A stretch of DNA of 64,000 bases from a virus, in IMG/VR virus record IMGVR_UViG_3300045988_085140. The stretch is one strand, 5' to 3'. This document shows positions 33,727 to 43,722 of the stretch, in pieces (the first letter of the stretch is position 1; every line of letters starts with the position of its first letter). Both the position numbers and the translations under genes were made by a program. Below the pieces are notes generated by a model that did no database searches, was not told the DNA's origin, and saw only the letters and a program-made list of their open reading frames with translations.

Positions 33727-34983
33727 TTAGGAAAGCTGAGTACCATCCATGTTTACCCATGAAGAGCCATCCCATATAATTAACTTTCCTAAAGAGGTGT
33801 CTTTAAAAATATAACCTATCTGTACACCTGATGGTCTTTCTTCTGTTGTACCTTTTTTCTTGGCGTCAGCCGGATTTCCATTTGCATCTATCCATTTTCC
33901 ATTTCCATTACTCCATATTGGCATTTGTAAAGTTTTATCAAAATACATATAACCAGCCAAAGCATCAGAAGGTCTATTCTCTGTAAGACAAGCATTATTT
34001 GATACCTCTAAAAGATAATAGTTATCTTTGTCTTTTCTGCCATAACAAAAAATAAGACGTCCAGGTAAATTTTTAAATGCATAAAAGCAATTAGTTCTTC
34101 CATACTTCTTAATATCATCTAAACTAGAAATATAAACTATATTTTCTAAATGGTATGGAATAACATATACTAGAGTTTGCTTATGATTCACTTCATCTTT
34201 ACTCCATAAAAGGAAATAATAATTCCCATAAACATTATTTATATCTCTAGTACCTTCGTGATAAAATGCTATTGTTATTGGTTGTACTGCATCTGTCAAA
34301 TCATATCCTATATTGTCAATATATGGTATATCTTTTTTATTAGCATCAATAGCTTGTGTTACATATCCATTGCTTTGGTCGATGTATAAATACTTAATAT
34401 TTTTAGTATAAAACGTAAATGATTTTACAAATCCAGAACCTATACTTACAATTGCGTTATTACCATTATAAGGAATAATACAAGGTGTATTCAAGCTCTT
34501 GTAATCGTTTTGATAATGTTGTCCCTTAATTACTTGAACATTTTCTTTTAAAACCTCTTTTGGGTCAAAATAAAAATTATTTTGAACTTGATATGAAGTT
34601 TCGTTAGAAAATACAAGAACTTTACACCCAACACATTGTGTCATATAGATACCATACTCACGCTTGCCATCTTCAGTTTGCTCATAACCAATAACAAGTG
34701 TAAATGGTTTTCCAAAAAGATGCACATTACTATAGATGATTTTCCATTCATAGTCTTTATTTATCTTATAATCACTACTATTATTATATGCCCCGACCTG
34801 TAATAGTGTAGCATCTGAATTTATTGAAATACCTTCAGTAGTATATGTATTATTGTGACCAGTTAGTACTAAAATAGAAAATGTTGATAATGGACCTGTT
34901 ATTGAAAATAGTTTCAAATATTTTGTTCCATCATCAGCAGCACTAACTGAATTAACCATAAATGATTGTATCGCTGATTCCAT
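33727..34983 (-). CDS. tail fibre / receptor-binding protein (AT-rich)
   Basis: 418 aa. The C-terminus carries two copies of a Bacteroides-phage fibre-tip-like motif: YMYFDKTLQMPIWSNGNGKWIDANG and GYIFKDTSLGKLIIWDGSSWVNMDG. Confidence 0.6.
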   Translation of the reverse strand: MESAIQSFMVNSVSAADDGTKYLKLFSITGPLSTFSILVLTGHNNTYTTEGISINSDATLLQVGAYNNSSDYKINKDYEWKIIYSNVHLFGKPFTLVIGYEQTEDGKREYGIYMTQCVGCKVLVFSNETSYQVQNNFYFDPKEVLKENVQVIKGQHYQNDYKSLNTPCIIPYNGNNAIVSIGSGFVKSFTFYTKNIKYLYIDQSNGYVTQAIDANKKDIPYIDNIGYDLTDAVQPITIAFYHEGTRDINNVYGNYYFLLWSKDEVNHKQTLVYVIPYHLENIVYISSLDDIKKYGRTNCFYAFKNLPGRLIFCYGRKDKDNYYLLEVSNNACLTENRPSDALAGYMYFDKTLQMPIWSNGNGKWIDANGNPADAKKKGTTEERPSGVQIGYIFKDTSLGKLIIWDGSSWVNMDGTQLS

Positions 34984-34987
34984 ATTA

Positions 34988-36667
34988 TTAAATATTTAAA
35001 AAATAATTATATAAGGAGTCTAATGCTCCTTTAGAAAAGTTACTATAATAATCTCTATATTTACCAAAACATTCTATATACCACATACAAATATCTTTAA
35101 TTCCATTTGTTTTGGCAGCATAGAATACAGTATCAAAGAAGCATTTTGTGAATATAAAATCCTTATCAATATTTATTGTTTCGAATTTGTTTCCAATTTG
35201 ATAATCAACAGGATTTAAAGAATTTTCATAGAATGGCATACATCCTGCTTCTGTAAAAGTTAATTCTTTATTATAAAGAGAATAACCATTAAAATAATTT
35301 TCTGCACGAGTTTTTAATACATTATCAAAAGTAGTCCTTTCCTTCAAATACGGTATTTTAGGATAATAATTTTTACCAATTATGTCAAGTTCATCTAATA
35401 ATATTTTATTTATTATTGATGGTGAATAATTGGTTGAAACACCTACTTTTTTCCCATAGCTATGTACTATATTAGCTATACTTACAAGTATACTTGCATC
35501 TTCTTGTTTAGAAACATTAGTTGTATTTTCATTTGATATATAAACATGTTTTATGCTCTGATATTTTTCAATTAGAGGAATAACATTTTTTATAAACAAA
35601 GAAACATAATTACTTCTATTCTTCTCTGTTATACTTGTATGAAGTTTTATATCTGTTATATTTATTTTATATTTTTCTATTAGTCTAATTTGCTCGTCAA
35701 TAGGAAGAGAATTATTAGAAACCACCCACTGAAAATCATTGAAACCTAAATTCCTTGCAGGCTCTAAAAGTTGGACAATATTAGTTTCGTTATTAACAAA
35801 TGCTAAATTTGTATAGAAATGCAATGAACGATTTATTATATCTAACTTTGTAGTAGCTTCTTTTCCATCTATAAAGCATTTTCCAACAAACTCAATATTA
35901 CTAAAGTTTTTCTTTGTACATCTTTCCAAATCAATTTTGAACGATGCTAGTCTTCCATTCCTCAACATACCCCCTTCAAACTTCAAGATACAATTATCAG
36001 GAATGATAATCTCATTACCATCTAAATCAAAGTCATACCGAATCTCATAGATAGTATTAGACTGATTCATCATAATTGGCATTAGGATATTTCGAAGCTC
36101 CTTCTTAGTACTATCAGTAATTGAACATGACGCACCAGTGCTAACTGCACTAAAAGATGATGGTGAGGAGACGTCACCACCAAACTTGCGAGTAATATTA
36201 ATCGTTGAAGCATCTTTTGATACTTCATACTCTGTCATGGTTGCAGAAAGTTTTGCGGCAATCTTGTCAGCAACTTTATCCGTTGTGGTATCTGTTGATG
36301 CTACGACATCTACGTGGTTTTCTATACCATTGATGATGAAAGATATGTAACCATCTGATGTTGGAACAGATGATACTACTATTTTTGTTACAGCAAGAGA
36401 GACTGGTTTGATATTCTTACGTAGAATCTTGTAGCCCTTACCGCTGAAATTCTGAGGGGAATAGGAACGGTCGGCAAATTTTGTCACAGAACGTCCGTTA
36501 TCATCGAATGACCTAGTAAGGTCTTCTTCGTCAACGGGAGATAGAGAAGAAACCTCTTGGTTGATTTCCTCCTGCATCTTGCCTAGTTTCTTGTCATATA
36601 TATTATCTGAATTTGCTAACCTTTTGTCTTTTCTTGAAGATTCTAGCGTACTACCTAATTTTACCAT
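34988..36667 (-). CDS. tailspike-like protein with probable glycan-degrading C-terminal domain
   Basis: 559 aa. N-terminus FADRSYSPQNFSGKGYKILRKNI ... IYEIRYDFDLDGNEIIIPDNCILKFEGGMLRNG resembles phage tailspike/pectate-lyase-like proteins. The C-terminal half is AT-rich. Confidence 0.55.
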   Translation of the reverse strand: MVKLGSTLESSRKDKRLANSDNIYDKKLGKMQEEINQEVSSLSPVDEEDLTRSFDDNGRSVTKFADRSYSPQNFSGKGYKILRKNIKPVSLAVTKIVVSSVPTSDGYISFIINGIENHVDVVASTDTTTDKVADKIAAKLSATMTEYEVSKDASTINITRKFGGDVSSPSSFSAVSTGASCSITDSTKKELRNILMPIMMNQSNTIYEIRYDFDLDGNEIIIPDNCILKFEGGMLRNGRLASFKIDLERCTKKNFSNIEFVGKCFIDGKEATTKLDIINRSLHFYTNLAFVNNETNIVQLLEPARNLGFNDFQWVVSNNSLPIDEQIRLIEKYKINITDIKLHTSITEKNRSNYVSLFIKNVIPLIEKYQSIKHVYISNENTTNVSKQEDASILVSIANIVHSYGKKVGVSTNYSPSIINKILLDELDIIGKNYYPKIPYLKERTTFDNVLKTRAENYFNGYSLYNKELTFTEAGCMPFYENSLNPVDYQIGNKFETINIDKDFIFTKCFFDTVFYAAKTNGIKDICMWYIECFGKYRDYYSNFSKGALDSLYNYFLNI

Positions 36668-36669
36668 AT

Positions 36670-37671
36670 TTATTTAGCTTTTATTGTATAAGTATTGTCA
36701 CCAGCAATAAGTGGGTCTGAATTATAATAATATAATGCACCAATAATCGTTTCGTGGAAATCAGCTTCTATGTTTCCTTGAATGAATTGTAATGGAGTGT
36801 CTGAAATAAACCAAACTACATCGTTTTCATCTGTTGTAGTAACCGTTATCGTCTGATTGACCAAAGAAGTATTACTTCCGTTCAGTACAGATAGGTCTAA
36901 TTCGTTTGCATCTGATAAAGATGATGCACCATACATATTCTTTGCACCGATTGTAACAAAAGCAGTTGCTTTATATATTTTTCCGTTCATCGTGACTATG
37001 ATATGGAAAGCGTATGAACCTACTTGTGAACGTGAAACATTGGCTGACGTATCTGTTGTCTTAGGTTCAATGACATTACTTCCGTCAATAATCTTAATAT
37101 TGTCGGGAATAGTATCAATACCATTCTTCCTAATTTGCCATGAGAGTTTAATGGTGTGTTCTGTTCCATCATAAGCAATAACAGAAGGTGACGCTTCCAG
37201 ATATACATTTGTATCGTCCACATCAGCATCATTCTGATTGTTCAGTTCTATCCAGTACTTCGCATTGTACATACCTCCCATTTCACCCTCTACGATACCG
37301 AGAGGAATATGTGACTTTCCATTTCGCTCCACGATACGGAAAAGGCGGTGCTCGATGCTACAGATGTCGTTTCCGTTGTACTTGCCACGAATGGTAATGC
37401 CATATAACCCTTCCTCTAGAAATGGTGGGAACTTGACACAAATATCACTCGGCTCTACTTCACTATTATTTGTTCCGCTCTGAACAAAAGGCATTTTTGC
37501 TACACACTCTCCAAAGGCATCAGTAAGGTGTACTTCTAGATTACTGATGGCAGCCACGTCAATATCTTCCAACATCTGCTTATTCTTGCTGATGTAGGCT
37601 TTCTGAAGCTTGATGAAAAGGTCGAAGCTGTTACCTTTAACAATCTTATAAATATCCATATACGTATACAT
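36670..37671 (-). CDS. tail-associated structural protein (Ig-like?)
   Basis: 333 aa. First gene of the minus-strand fibre cassette, behind a motif promoter. Confidence 0.5.
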   Translation of the reverse strand: MYTYMDIYKIVKGNSFDLFIKLQKAYISKNKQMLEDIDVAAISNLEVHLTDAFGECVAKMPFVQSGTNNSEVEPSDICVKFPPFLEEGLYGITIRGKYNGNDICSIEHRLFRIVERNGKSHIPLGIVEGEMGGMYNAKYWIELNNQNDADVDDTNVYLEASPSVIAYDGTEHTIKLSWQIRKNGIDTIPDNIKIIDGSNVIEPKTTDTSANVSRSQVGSYAFHIIVTMNGKIYKATAFVTIGAKNMYGASSLSDANELDLSVLNGSNTSLVNQTITVTTTDENDVVWFISDTPLQFIQGNIEADFHETIIGALYYYNSDPLIAGDNTYTIKAK

Positions 37672-37684
37672 TATTAATAATAGA

Positions 37685-37727
37685 CAAAGATAGGCAGAAA
37701 TTTCTCCACCTATCTTTTATCCGTTTA
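37685..37727 (-). promoter_or_regulatory. late-type promoter: TAAACGGATAAAA + 24 nt + TATCTTTG
   Basis: On the minus strand GGATAA is at 37722-37717 and the -7 box at 37692-37685. ATG at 37671. Confidence 0.6.
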
Positions 37728-37744
37728 TTTAGGGCAGAAAAATT

Positions 37745-38050
37745 TTAGATTAAGCCCTTCCATCTGAGAAATTTGCGCTTTCGGCTGCGCTTTCCCTTCT
37801 CACTCTTGCAGTTGGTATGGTAGACACAATCCTTGAAGAGGTCTCTGACCTTCATGTCGCTGTCTACCAGTTTGGTTTTCTTGAATGCCTCGAAGAGTGA
37901 GCGATTCATAATCATGAGGTTGCCCTTCTGCGTAGGAAGAACATAGAAGATTTCACCATTGTTCTTCTTAGATGCGTAGTCTGCCTTAGCCGTAGCTTGG
38001 CGGTACATAATTTCGCACTTGATGCGCTTAAAAATCTTTGTTACTTTCAT
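37745..38050 (-). CDS. hypothetical basic protein
   Basis: 101-aa ORF downstream of terL with an ATG start. Confidence 0.5.
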   Translation of the reverse strand: MKVTKIFKRIKCEIMYRQATAKADYASKKNNGEIFYVLPTQKGNLMIMNRSLFEAFKKTKLVDSDMKVRDLFKDCVYHTNCKSEKGKRSRKRKFLRWKGLI

Positions 38051-38074
38051 AATCGTAATTATTATTGTTTGAAA

Positions 38075-40219
38075 CTATATGATGGTTGCTGCCGAAACAG
38101 AAACCTTTCTTCTCATTACTCTTGCCTGAATGGAAATCATCTTAGGCATTTCCATTTCATTGAAACAGATGTGGAGTCCGATGGCTCTAGTCATGAGCAA
38201 ATCATCGTGCTTTCCGTCTGCTGCCTCGTATACGGTTCCGTTCTTCTCGTATGTGAGATATTCATCTAAGCATCTATCGTCTCGCTCTACATAGAGTTGT
38301 TCACGGATAACCTGAACCAATACTGAGATAACCATTGGCTTGGTTGCCACGTTGGTATGGAATCCGTACTTCACTGGAACCTTATTCTTGATGTCTGATT
38401 CACTCTGCTTGCGTGCATAGAGGTTGTCGTATACGTCCTTGATTTGATTCAGGATGAACTCAGACTGGTCACCACCTTCCAAGATGTGCTCCTTGTCTTT
38501 CGTCTCCAAGGTGTTGGATTCAATCACCAACAGAGCATCGTTGTAGTATTTGGCTATCTGAGCCGCCTTCCATGCCAGCAAGTCCATATCAATATGCCCA
38601 TACCATTGGGCTACCACATACGGCTTGCCACCTTCCATCATCCAATAGCGGTCGAAGACACAGATAACAGACCAGTCGGCATTCTTGCTACGTCCACCAA
38701 TATCCACTACGACCAGATAGCGGTTTATCACCTTGCAATCATCAAAGGTCTCAGGCTTGCTCCATATCCACAACTGCCCCTGCTTGTCTTCACAGAATCG
38801 GACATTCTGCATACACTTCTTGCCCTTGTAGCCATCACCATAAACATCACCGATGAACTTAGGTGCTCGGCATCCCTTGCGGAACTTGTCAACCTTGTCT
38901 TCGGCAAACACCTTGGCTCCTGAATGCTTGAATGCTTCAATATCATCGGTAGGGTAGCCAGCAGCCATATCGGCATGGTCGGTGAACTTCCTGCGCTCGG
39001 CAATATACCAGTTGATGGCTTCGAGTGGAGCACCAAGCGTCCATAACTTCCAAAGATAGGTGCATGGCTCCTCTCGGTCGGACATCGTATTGGTATTGTT
39101 GCGGTTCTCATATAGCCATTTGGCAAACTCTACCTTCTGTTTCTTGCTTTCAAATTCAAGATGATACATATCGTATATCTCGTACCAAGGAACAAAGAAT
39201 GGCTCAAACTGAGATTCACCTTTGACTGCTGCAAGCCACTCCTTATGGAAGAAGTTACCAGTACCATTGGCGGTGGATTCATAGGCAATCATCGTGTATG
39301 GTCGATACAAGATACCATTTGTTGCATTCTGTACTACCTCCTCAGGAGATTTACCATCTGTCTTTTTCCACAAACCCACCTCGGAAAGGTGTACCAAGTT
39401 GTAGTCTTCACCATTGGCTGACAATGGTCGTTCCATGGAACCCACCTTAATTTTGCAGAATCGCTGAGGAACCTTCTTTACGTTGCCTGATGTTCCCACT
39501 CCAACAAACTTCGGCTCGTTCTCAGAGAATGCTTCTCCCATTTCGTAGAGAAACTTGGTCGGGAAGTTTTTCAGAGCTTCCTCGAACATACCACGGATGG
39601 TCTCTGCTGTGTCCTTGACCTGAGCCACGATGAGCGAGTTGAGACCCTTCTGCCACATGAGTTGCAGCCAGAGGAAGTACATCTGGATAACCGTAGAACC
39701 TCCCCATTGTCGGGCTTTCAGCAGGATGAGACGGATAGGGCGATTCTTCTTTCTTCGCTCCTCCAGCCACCTGAGCAGTCTGCGCTGCGGTCTTCTGAGC
39801 ACAAAACGGAAGGGGAGACCTCCACCTTTCGGCTTGATATAGATGAATGTGGCGAAGAAGAAGAAAGGGTCGTGTTTCATCCTGATGCGAGTGAACTGCT
39901 CCACCAGTTGCTCCATTTCTTCCTCTAGATTGTACGGCTCGTCTATATCCTTGTGCAGTTCCTCGATTACAGCCTTGCAACTACCAAACTCGATGAGCAT
40001 CTTGACGAGCGGAATCTTCTTCATGGAAACTGGAAGCTGCTGTCTCTGAATCGGGAAATCAGGAAGGAAGAGCAGGAATCGCTTATCTCCACAACCTTCA
40101 CCCTTGATAGGATTGAAAGGTGTGTTGATTTCCTTGATTCGTTTCTCGTTCTCTTTCAGGATGCCCAGTACATGTTTGTCTACAGCATCAGTCAGTTTGG
40201 CGGTTACTTGTCTTGGCAT
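38075..40219 (-). CDS. terL: terminase large subunit
   Basis: Walker-A-like LLKARQWGGSTV. C-terminal RNase-H-like nuclease motifs VVVDIGGRSKNADWS and DGKHDDLLMTRAIG. Table start 40291 is TTG; the ATG at 40219 (MPRQVTAKL) is preferred. Confidence 0.85.
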   Translation of the reverse strand: MPRQVTAKLTDAVDKHVLGILKENEKRIKEINTPFNPIKGEGCGDKRFLLFLPDFPIQRQQLPVSMKKIPLVKMLIEFGSCKAVIEELHKDIDEPYNLEEEMEQLVEQFTRIRMKHDPFFFFATFIYIKPKGGGLPFRFVLRRPQRRLLRWLEERRKKNRPIRLILLKARQWGGSTVIQMYFLWLQLMWQKGLNSLIVAQVKDTAETIRGMFEEALKNFPTKFLYEMGEAFSENEPKFVGVGTSGNVKKVPQRFCKIKVGSMERPLSANGEDYNLVHLSEVGLWKKTDGKSPEEVVQNATNGILYRPYTMIAYESTANGTGNFFHKEWLAAVKGESQFEPFFVPWYEIYDMYHLEFESKKQKVEFAKWLYENRNNTNTMSDREEPCTYLWKLWTLGAPLEAINWYIAERRKFTDHADMAAGYPTDDIEAFKHSGAKVFAEDKVDKFRKGCRAPKFIGDVYGDGYKGKKCMQNVRFCEDKQGQLWIWSKPETFDDCKVINRYLVVVDIGGRSKNADWSVICVFDRYWMMEGGKPYVVAQWYGHIDMDLLAWKAAQIAKYYNDALLVIESNTLETKDKEHILEGGDQSEFILNQIKDVYDNLYARKQSESDIKNKVPVKYGFHTNVATKPMVISVLVQVIREQLYVERDDRCLDEYLTYEKNGTVYEAADGKHDDLLMTRAIGLHICFNEMEMPKMISIQARVMRRKVSVSAATII

Positions 40220-40683
40220 AGCGGTGCATTTAGATAACCCCACAACAGACCAAGTACATAGCAATAGATGTGGACTCCAACTGCCATGCAAGGGAAGAAG
40301 ATTCCAACACAGATATATAGGAGAATGGTGAGATTGTATCTTACCTTATTCTCCACGTATGGGGCGATAAAGCCCATGTAAGCATAGATAAATCCGCTGA
40401 GACCGATGATTGGTAGGGGAGAGGTGAATGGATAGCTGATGGCTATGAGATAGAATGCCACCAAGTGACCGATGCCACAAGGGATGGCTCGGTAGCATTG
40501 ATGGAAGACATATAGGTTGATGGCTGCATGAAAGATATTCTGATGAAAGAAAGGGTAGCTTAGTCGGTTCTGAATAGAACAATCGTCAAAGAGACCCATG
40601 CCATCATATCCAAGAAAAGTGATACACATTATTATAATGTACCCAGCATAAAGCGCAATCTTCTCTTTCGTCTCTCGTAGCAT
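40204..40683 (-). CDS. rhomboid-family intramembrane serine protease homologue
   Basis: 159 aa with ~6 hydrophobic helices. FHAAIN (HxxxN), IGLSGFIYAYMGF (GxSG, very like GlpG GLSGVVYALMGY) and VGVHIYCYVLGLLWG (H..G...G). Confidence 0.7.
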   Translation of the reverse strand: MLRETKEKIALYAGYIIIMCITFLGYDGMGLFDDCSIQNRLSYPFFHQNIFHAAINLYVFHQCYRAIPCGIGHLVAFYLIAISYPFTSPLPIIGLSGFIYAYMGFIAPYVENKVRYNLTILLYICVGIFFPCMAVGVHIYCYVLGLLWGYLNAPLCQDK

Positions 40684-41087
40684 CTTTGCTTCTCCTCCTT
40701 TCTCACCCTGCTAAGAATTACGTGTATGCTTTGAGGAGTCAAATAGAAACTGGGTGCTTTTTCAGCACATACACGTTTGATAATATCCATATTACTGAGA
40801 TATGGCTCATTACTCTTATGAATCTGGAATCGTCTGAAAATCTCCTGATACATTTCCTTTCGGGTAGGAATCATGTTATCAAGAGGTTTTCCTTTCAGTA
40901 AGTCTAATATGACTATATAAGCACGGTCTTCTGAAACCCAAAATCTTCTGCTCGGAGATTGGGCTAGCTTTTCCTCAATCTCTGAGAGTCTGATATTGTC
41001 TCTTACATTAATAATTTCTTTGTAAGCCCTCAATAAATCAGCATCACGTTCCTCTATAAAATAGCATCGTGAATCCTTATATTTCAT
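40632..41087 (-). CDS. hypothetical protein, candidate small terminase by position
   Basis: 151 aa with a basic C-terminus RKEEKQRCYERRKRRLRF. First gene of the packaging operon. Positional evidence only. Confidence 0.35.
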   Translation of the reverse strand: MKYKDSRCYFIEERDADLLRAYKEIINVRDNIRLSEIEEKLAQSPSRRFWVSEDRAYIVILDLLKGKPLDNMIPTRKEMYQEIFRRFQIHKSNEPYLSNMDIIKRVCAEKAPSFYLTPQSIHVILSRVRKEEKQRCYERRKRRLRFMLGTL

Positions 41088-41098
41088 ATCTGACCCTG

Positions 41099-41106
41099 CA
41101 AATATA
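41099..41106 (-). promoter_or_regulatory. -7 box TATATTTG of the packaging operon
   Basis: Consensus TAnnTTTG on the minus strand, 12 nt upstream of ATG 41087. A degenerate AATCGGATGC lies 21 nt further upstream. Confidence 0.45.
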
Positions 41107-41145
41107 CAAAAAAGTATTGAATTAGTCGCATCCGATTAGATTAAA

Positions 41146-41188
41146 TTAACGGATAAAAGATGAAAATCGGAAAAAAGCATTAATTTTG
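41146..41188 (+). promoter_or_regulatory. late-type promoter: TTAACGGATAAAA + 24 nt + TAATTTTG
   Basis: GGATAA at 41151-41156 and the -7 box at 41181-41188. Drives the scaffold-capsid-portal operon. Confidence 0.6.
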
Positions 41189-41219
41189 GGCATTGATTTA
41201 TAACTATACACATATATAT

Positions 41220-42035
41220 ATGGACGAAAATACAAATATTGAGCAGAATGCTGGTGCTACAAAACAGCAAGATACCAAGACCAAGAGAGACTTGGCTTTG
41301 GAGCGTTTGAAGACCCGCCACCCTGATACGGAGTATGCGGATGATGAAGCTATGTATGGAGCCATCAACGATGATTATGATGCTGACCAGAAGGCTTTGC
41401 AGGGTTATAAGGATAATGAAAAGGCGATGGGCGATTGGCTGGGTAGTGACCCTGAGGCGGCTACCTTCCTTCAAGCGATGAAGGCTGGCAAGAGTCCTTA
41501 CGCTGAGTTGATTCGTACTCATGGCGAGGATGCCATTGATTACTATTCAGACCCTGACAATGCGGATGAGATTGCATCGGCTCAGTCGGAGTTCTTGCAG
41601 AATGCTGCCAACGGCAAGAAATTGCAGGAGGAGTATGACAAGAACATGCCTTCCAGTTATGAGGTGTTCGACAAGTTGGAAGAGAAGTATGGAGAGGAAG
41701 CTGTGAACGATGCTATCGACCAGTGCTTTCAGACAATGCGCAATGTGGTGACTGGCAAGTTTACAGAGGAAATGATTACTGCTTTTATCAAGGCTAAGAA
41801 CCATGATACCGATGTGGCTGATGCAGCCCATGAAGGTGAGGTTCGTGGCAAGAACAGCAAGCACGTCAAGAATCTTGAACTGAGAAAGAAGGGCGATGGT
41901 ACTGCTGACCTTGATTCTGCCAATGCAGAGACCAAGCAGACGGATAACCAGCCTGACTTTGGTGCAGTAGGAAGAGCAGCACGTAGGGGTAACATCTGGG
42001 AGCGTGGCAACGAGAAGAGAACACGCATTAGATAA
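41220..42035 (+). CDS. scaffolding-like protein
   Basis: Acidic, helical, no Cys, directly upstream of the capsid gene. Table start 41193 (TTG) falls within about 5 nt of the -7 box (41181-41188), at or upstream of the expected transcription start. ATG at 41220 (MDENTNIEQ). Confidence 0.5.
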   Translation: MDENTNIEQNAGATKQQDTKTKRDLALERLKTRHPDTEYADDEAMYGAINDDYDADQKALQGYKDNEKAMGDWLGSDPEAATFLQAMKAGKSPYAELIRTHGEDAIDYYSDPDNADEIASAQSEFLQNAANGKKLQEEYDKNMPSSYEVFDKLEEKYGEEAVNDAIDQCFQTMRNVVTGKFTEEMITAFIKAKNHDTDVADAAHEGEVRGKNSKHVKNLELRKKGDGTADLDSANAETKQTDNQPDFGAVGRAARRGNIWERGNEKRTRIR

Positions 42036-42086
42036 TTCGACAATGTGAAAAGATAATATATAATGTTTAATTAATTTAGGATAACA

Positions 42087-43625
42087 ATGAAGAAAAGTAC
42101 ATTTAATCGGCTGCTTTCCGTCTTCCTGATGGTTATGGCAGTTATTTTTGGAGTGAATGGTCAGGTTATCATGGCTGAGGCGGCTCTGCCTGATGGCGGT
42201 ACGACCGAGAGTGGTCATGCTGCTGAGGCAGGTGGGGCTGCTGCTGCCGATGATGCTGGCAATGGCGGTGCGGCTCGTCAGGATGATGGTATCGCTACTG
42301 AGGGAAAAGGTCGTGAGCACTTTAACGAGAATGGTACTGAGTTCTATGAGAACGACATCAACGACAAGATTACCAAGATTCGTCCGATGGCTACTCCAGT
42401 TGACCAGATTTCACGCTATGCGACAACCAAGTCTGCTAGTTCGTTTGTAGTTGAGTATTGGAGTATCGGTACACGCCCTATCAAGACAACCGTCAAGGAG
42501 GCGACCGTGGAGAGTACTGGTACATCTATGGTATTGAAGGTAGAAGACCCTGAAATGTTTACGCTGGATGATACCATCCGAGTGGTAGGTGTTAAGGCGA
42601 TTACCAATTATGAAGGTAAGGCTTATACAGACCTTACCGATGAGCCTACTCCAGACTTGGAACTTTGCGTTTGCGGTAAGGACACAGAGGGTTTCCCAAT
42701 CGTGTTTGCCGTAAACGGTAAGTTGGTAAAGAAACAGGCTATCGGTATTCCTGCCTTGAAGAATGGTCAGAAACTTATCCGTATGGCTAAGAGTTGCGGT
42801 GAGTTGGACGTACAGACTGGTCGTTTCAACAACCTTCCAGATTCTGATATTCAGTACTGCCAGAACTTCATGATTCAGGTTGAGGAGAGTACCTTCAACA
42901 AGATTGCTGCTAAGAGAGTAGATTGGGACTTCTCAGACATTGAGGAGGATAGCATCTACGATATGCGCCTTGCGATGGAGGGTACTTATCTCTTCGGTGA
43001 TATGGCTTGTATCAAACATACTACCAAGAACAACTCTGCCCAGTGGTTTACCAAGGGTATTTGGTGGATGGCTGGTAAGGATATTGAGGTAGGTCATGTT
43101 GCTACTGCTGACGATATTAAGAAGGGCTACGGCAAGAATGAACGAGTGATTACTGATTTGGAATTGGTTGACATTTCAAAGGACTTGTTTGTTGGTACTG
43201 GTATCGGCAACAAGCGCAAGGTGATTATCGCTGGTTCTGCCTTCGTGAGTGCATTCAGTAAGATTGACTCTGACAAGTTCCGCTTGAAGGACACCGTAGA
43301 GGTTTGGAATTTGAAGTTCAAGAGTTGGGAGACTGACTTCGGTGAGGTACTGATGATTCACTCTGAGTTGTTTGACCTCTTTGATATGAGTGATTGCGGC
43401 TTCGCCCTTGACCCTGAGTTCTTGGTTAAGCGAGTACACTTGTCTTGGACTCGAAACGTGCTCGACTTGAAGAAGGCTGGCATCCGTAACACCGATGCAG
43501 TAGTTATTCAGGAGGTAGCTTGTCTGTACTTGAAGTACCCTAAGGCACACGCTCGTATGCGCCTTGCTGCGGTTTCTGCAACAGATAGCCCTTCTGATAC
43601 AGAGGTAACCAAGGCTGCTGCCTAA
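42087..43625 (+). CDS. major capsid protein (HK97-fold type) with long N-terminal extension
   Basis: 512 aa, between the scaffold-like gene and a strong terminator. ITKIRPMATPVDQISRY...VVEYWSIGTRP resembles phage MCP N-arm regions. Confidence 0.65.
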   Translation: MKKSTFNRLLSVFLMVMAVIFGVNGQVIMAEAALPDGGTTESGHAAEAGGAAAADDAGNGGAARQDDGIATEGKGREHFNENGTEFYENDINDKITKIRPMATPVDQISRYATTKSASSFVVEYWSIGTRPIKTTVKEATVESTGTSMVLKVEDPEMFTLDDTIRVVGVKAITNYEGKAYTDLTDEPTPDLELCVCGKDTEGFPIVFAVNGKLVKKQAIGIPALKNGQKLIRMAKSCGELDVQTGRFNNLPDSDIQYCQNFMIQVEESTFNKIAAKRVDWDFSDIEEDSIYDMRLAMEGTYLFGDMACIKHTTKNNSAQWFTKGIWWMAGKDIEVGHVATADDIKKGYGKNERVITDLELVDISKDLFVGTGIGNKRKVIIAGSAFVSAFSKIDSDKFRLKDTVEVWNLKFKSWETDFGEVLMIHSELFDLFDMSDCGFALDPEFLVKRVHLSWTRNVLDLKKAGIRNTDAVVIQEVACLYLKYPKAHARMRLAAVSATDSPSDTEVTKAAA

Positions 43626-43661
43626 AAGCAGGTAGAATTGCAAATTATTCATTAAATAGTG

Positions 43662-43693
43662 AGGGGTGTGGGCACTAGCCCCATCCCTTTTTT
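43662..43693 (+). terminator. rho-independent terminator after the capsid gene
   Basis: AGGGGTGTGGGC pairs with GCCCCATCCCT (one bulge), followed by TTTTTT. Confidence 0.65.
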
Positions 43694-43722
43694 AGTAACA
43701 CTTATATAAATAAGGTATAATC

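Noticed and set aside
38444-40049. Multiple ORFs overlapping terL in other frames or on the other strand (38444..38923 +, 38728..39126 -, 39522..39980 -, and others)
   Set aside because: They are nested in the terminase large-subunit ORF, which has clear ATPase and nuclease motifs.
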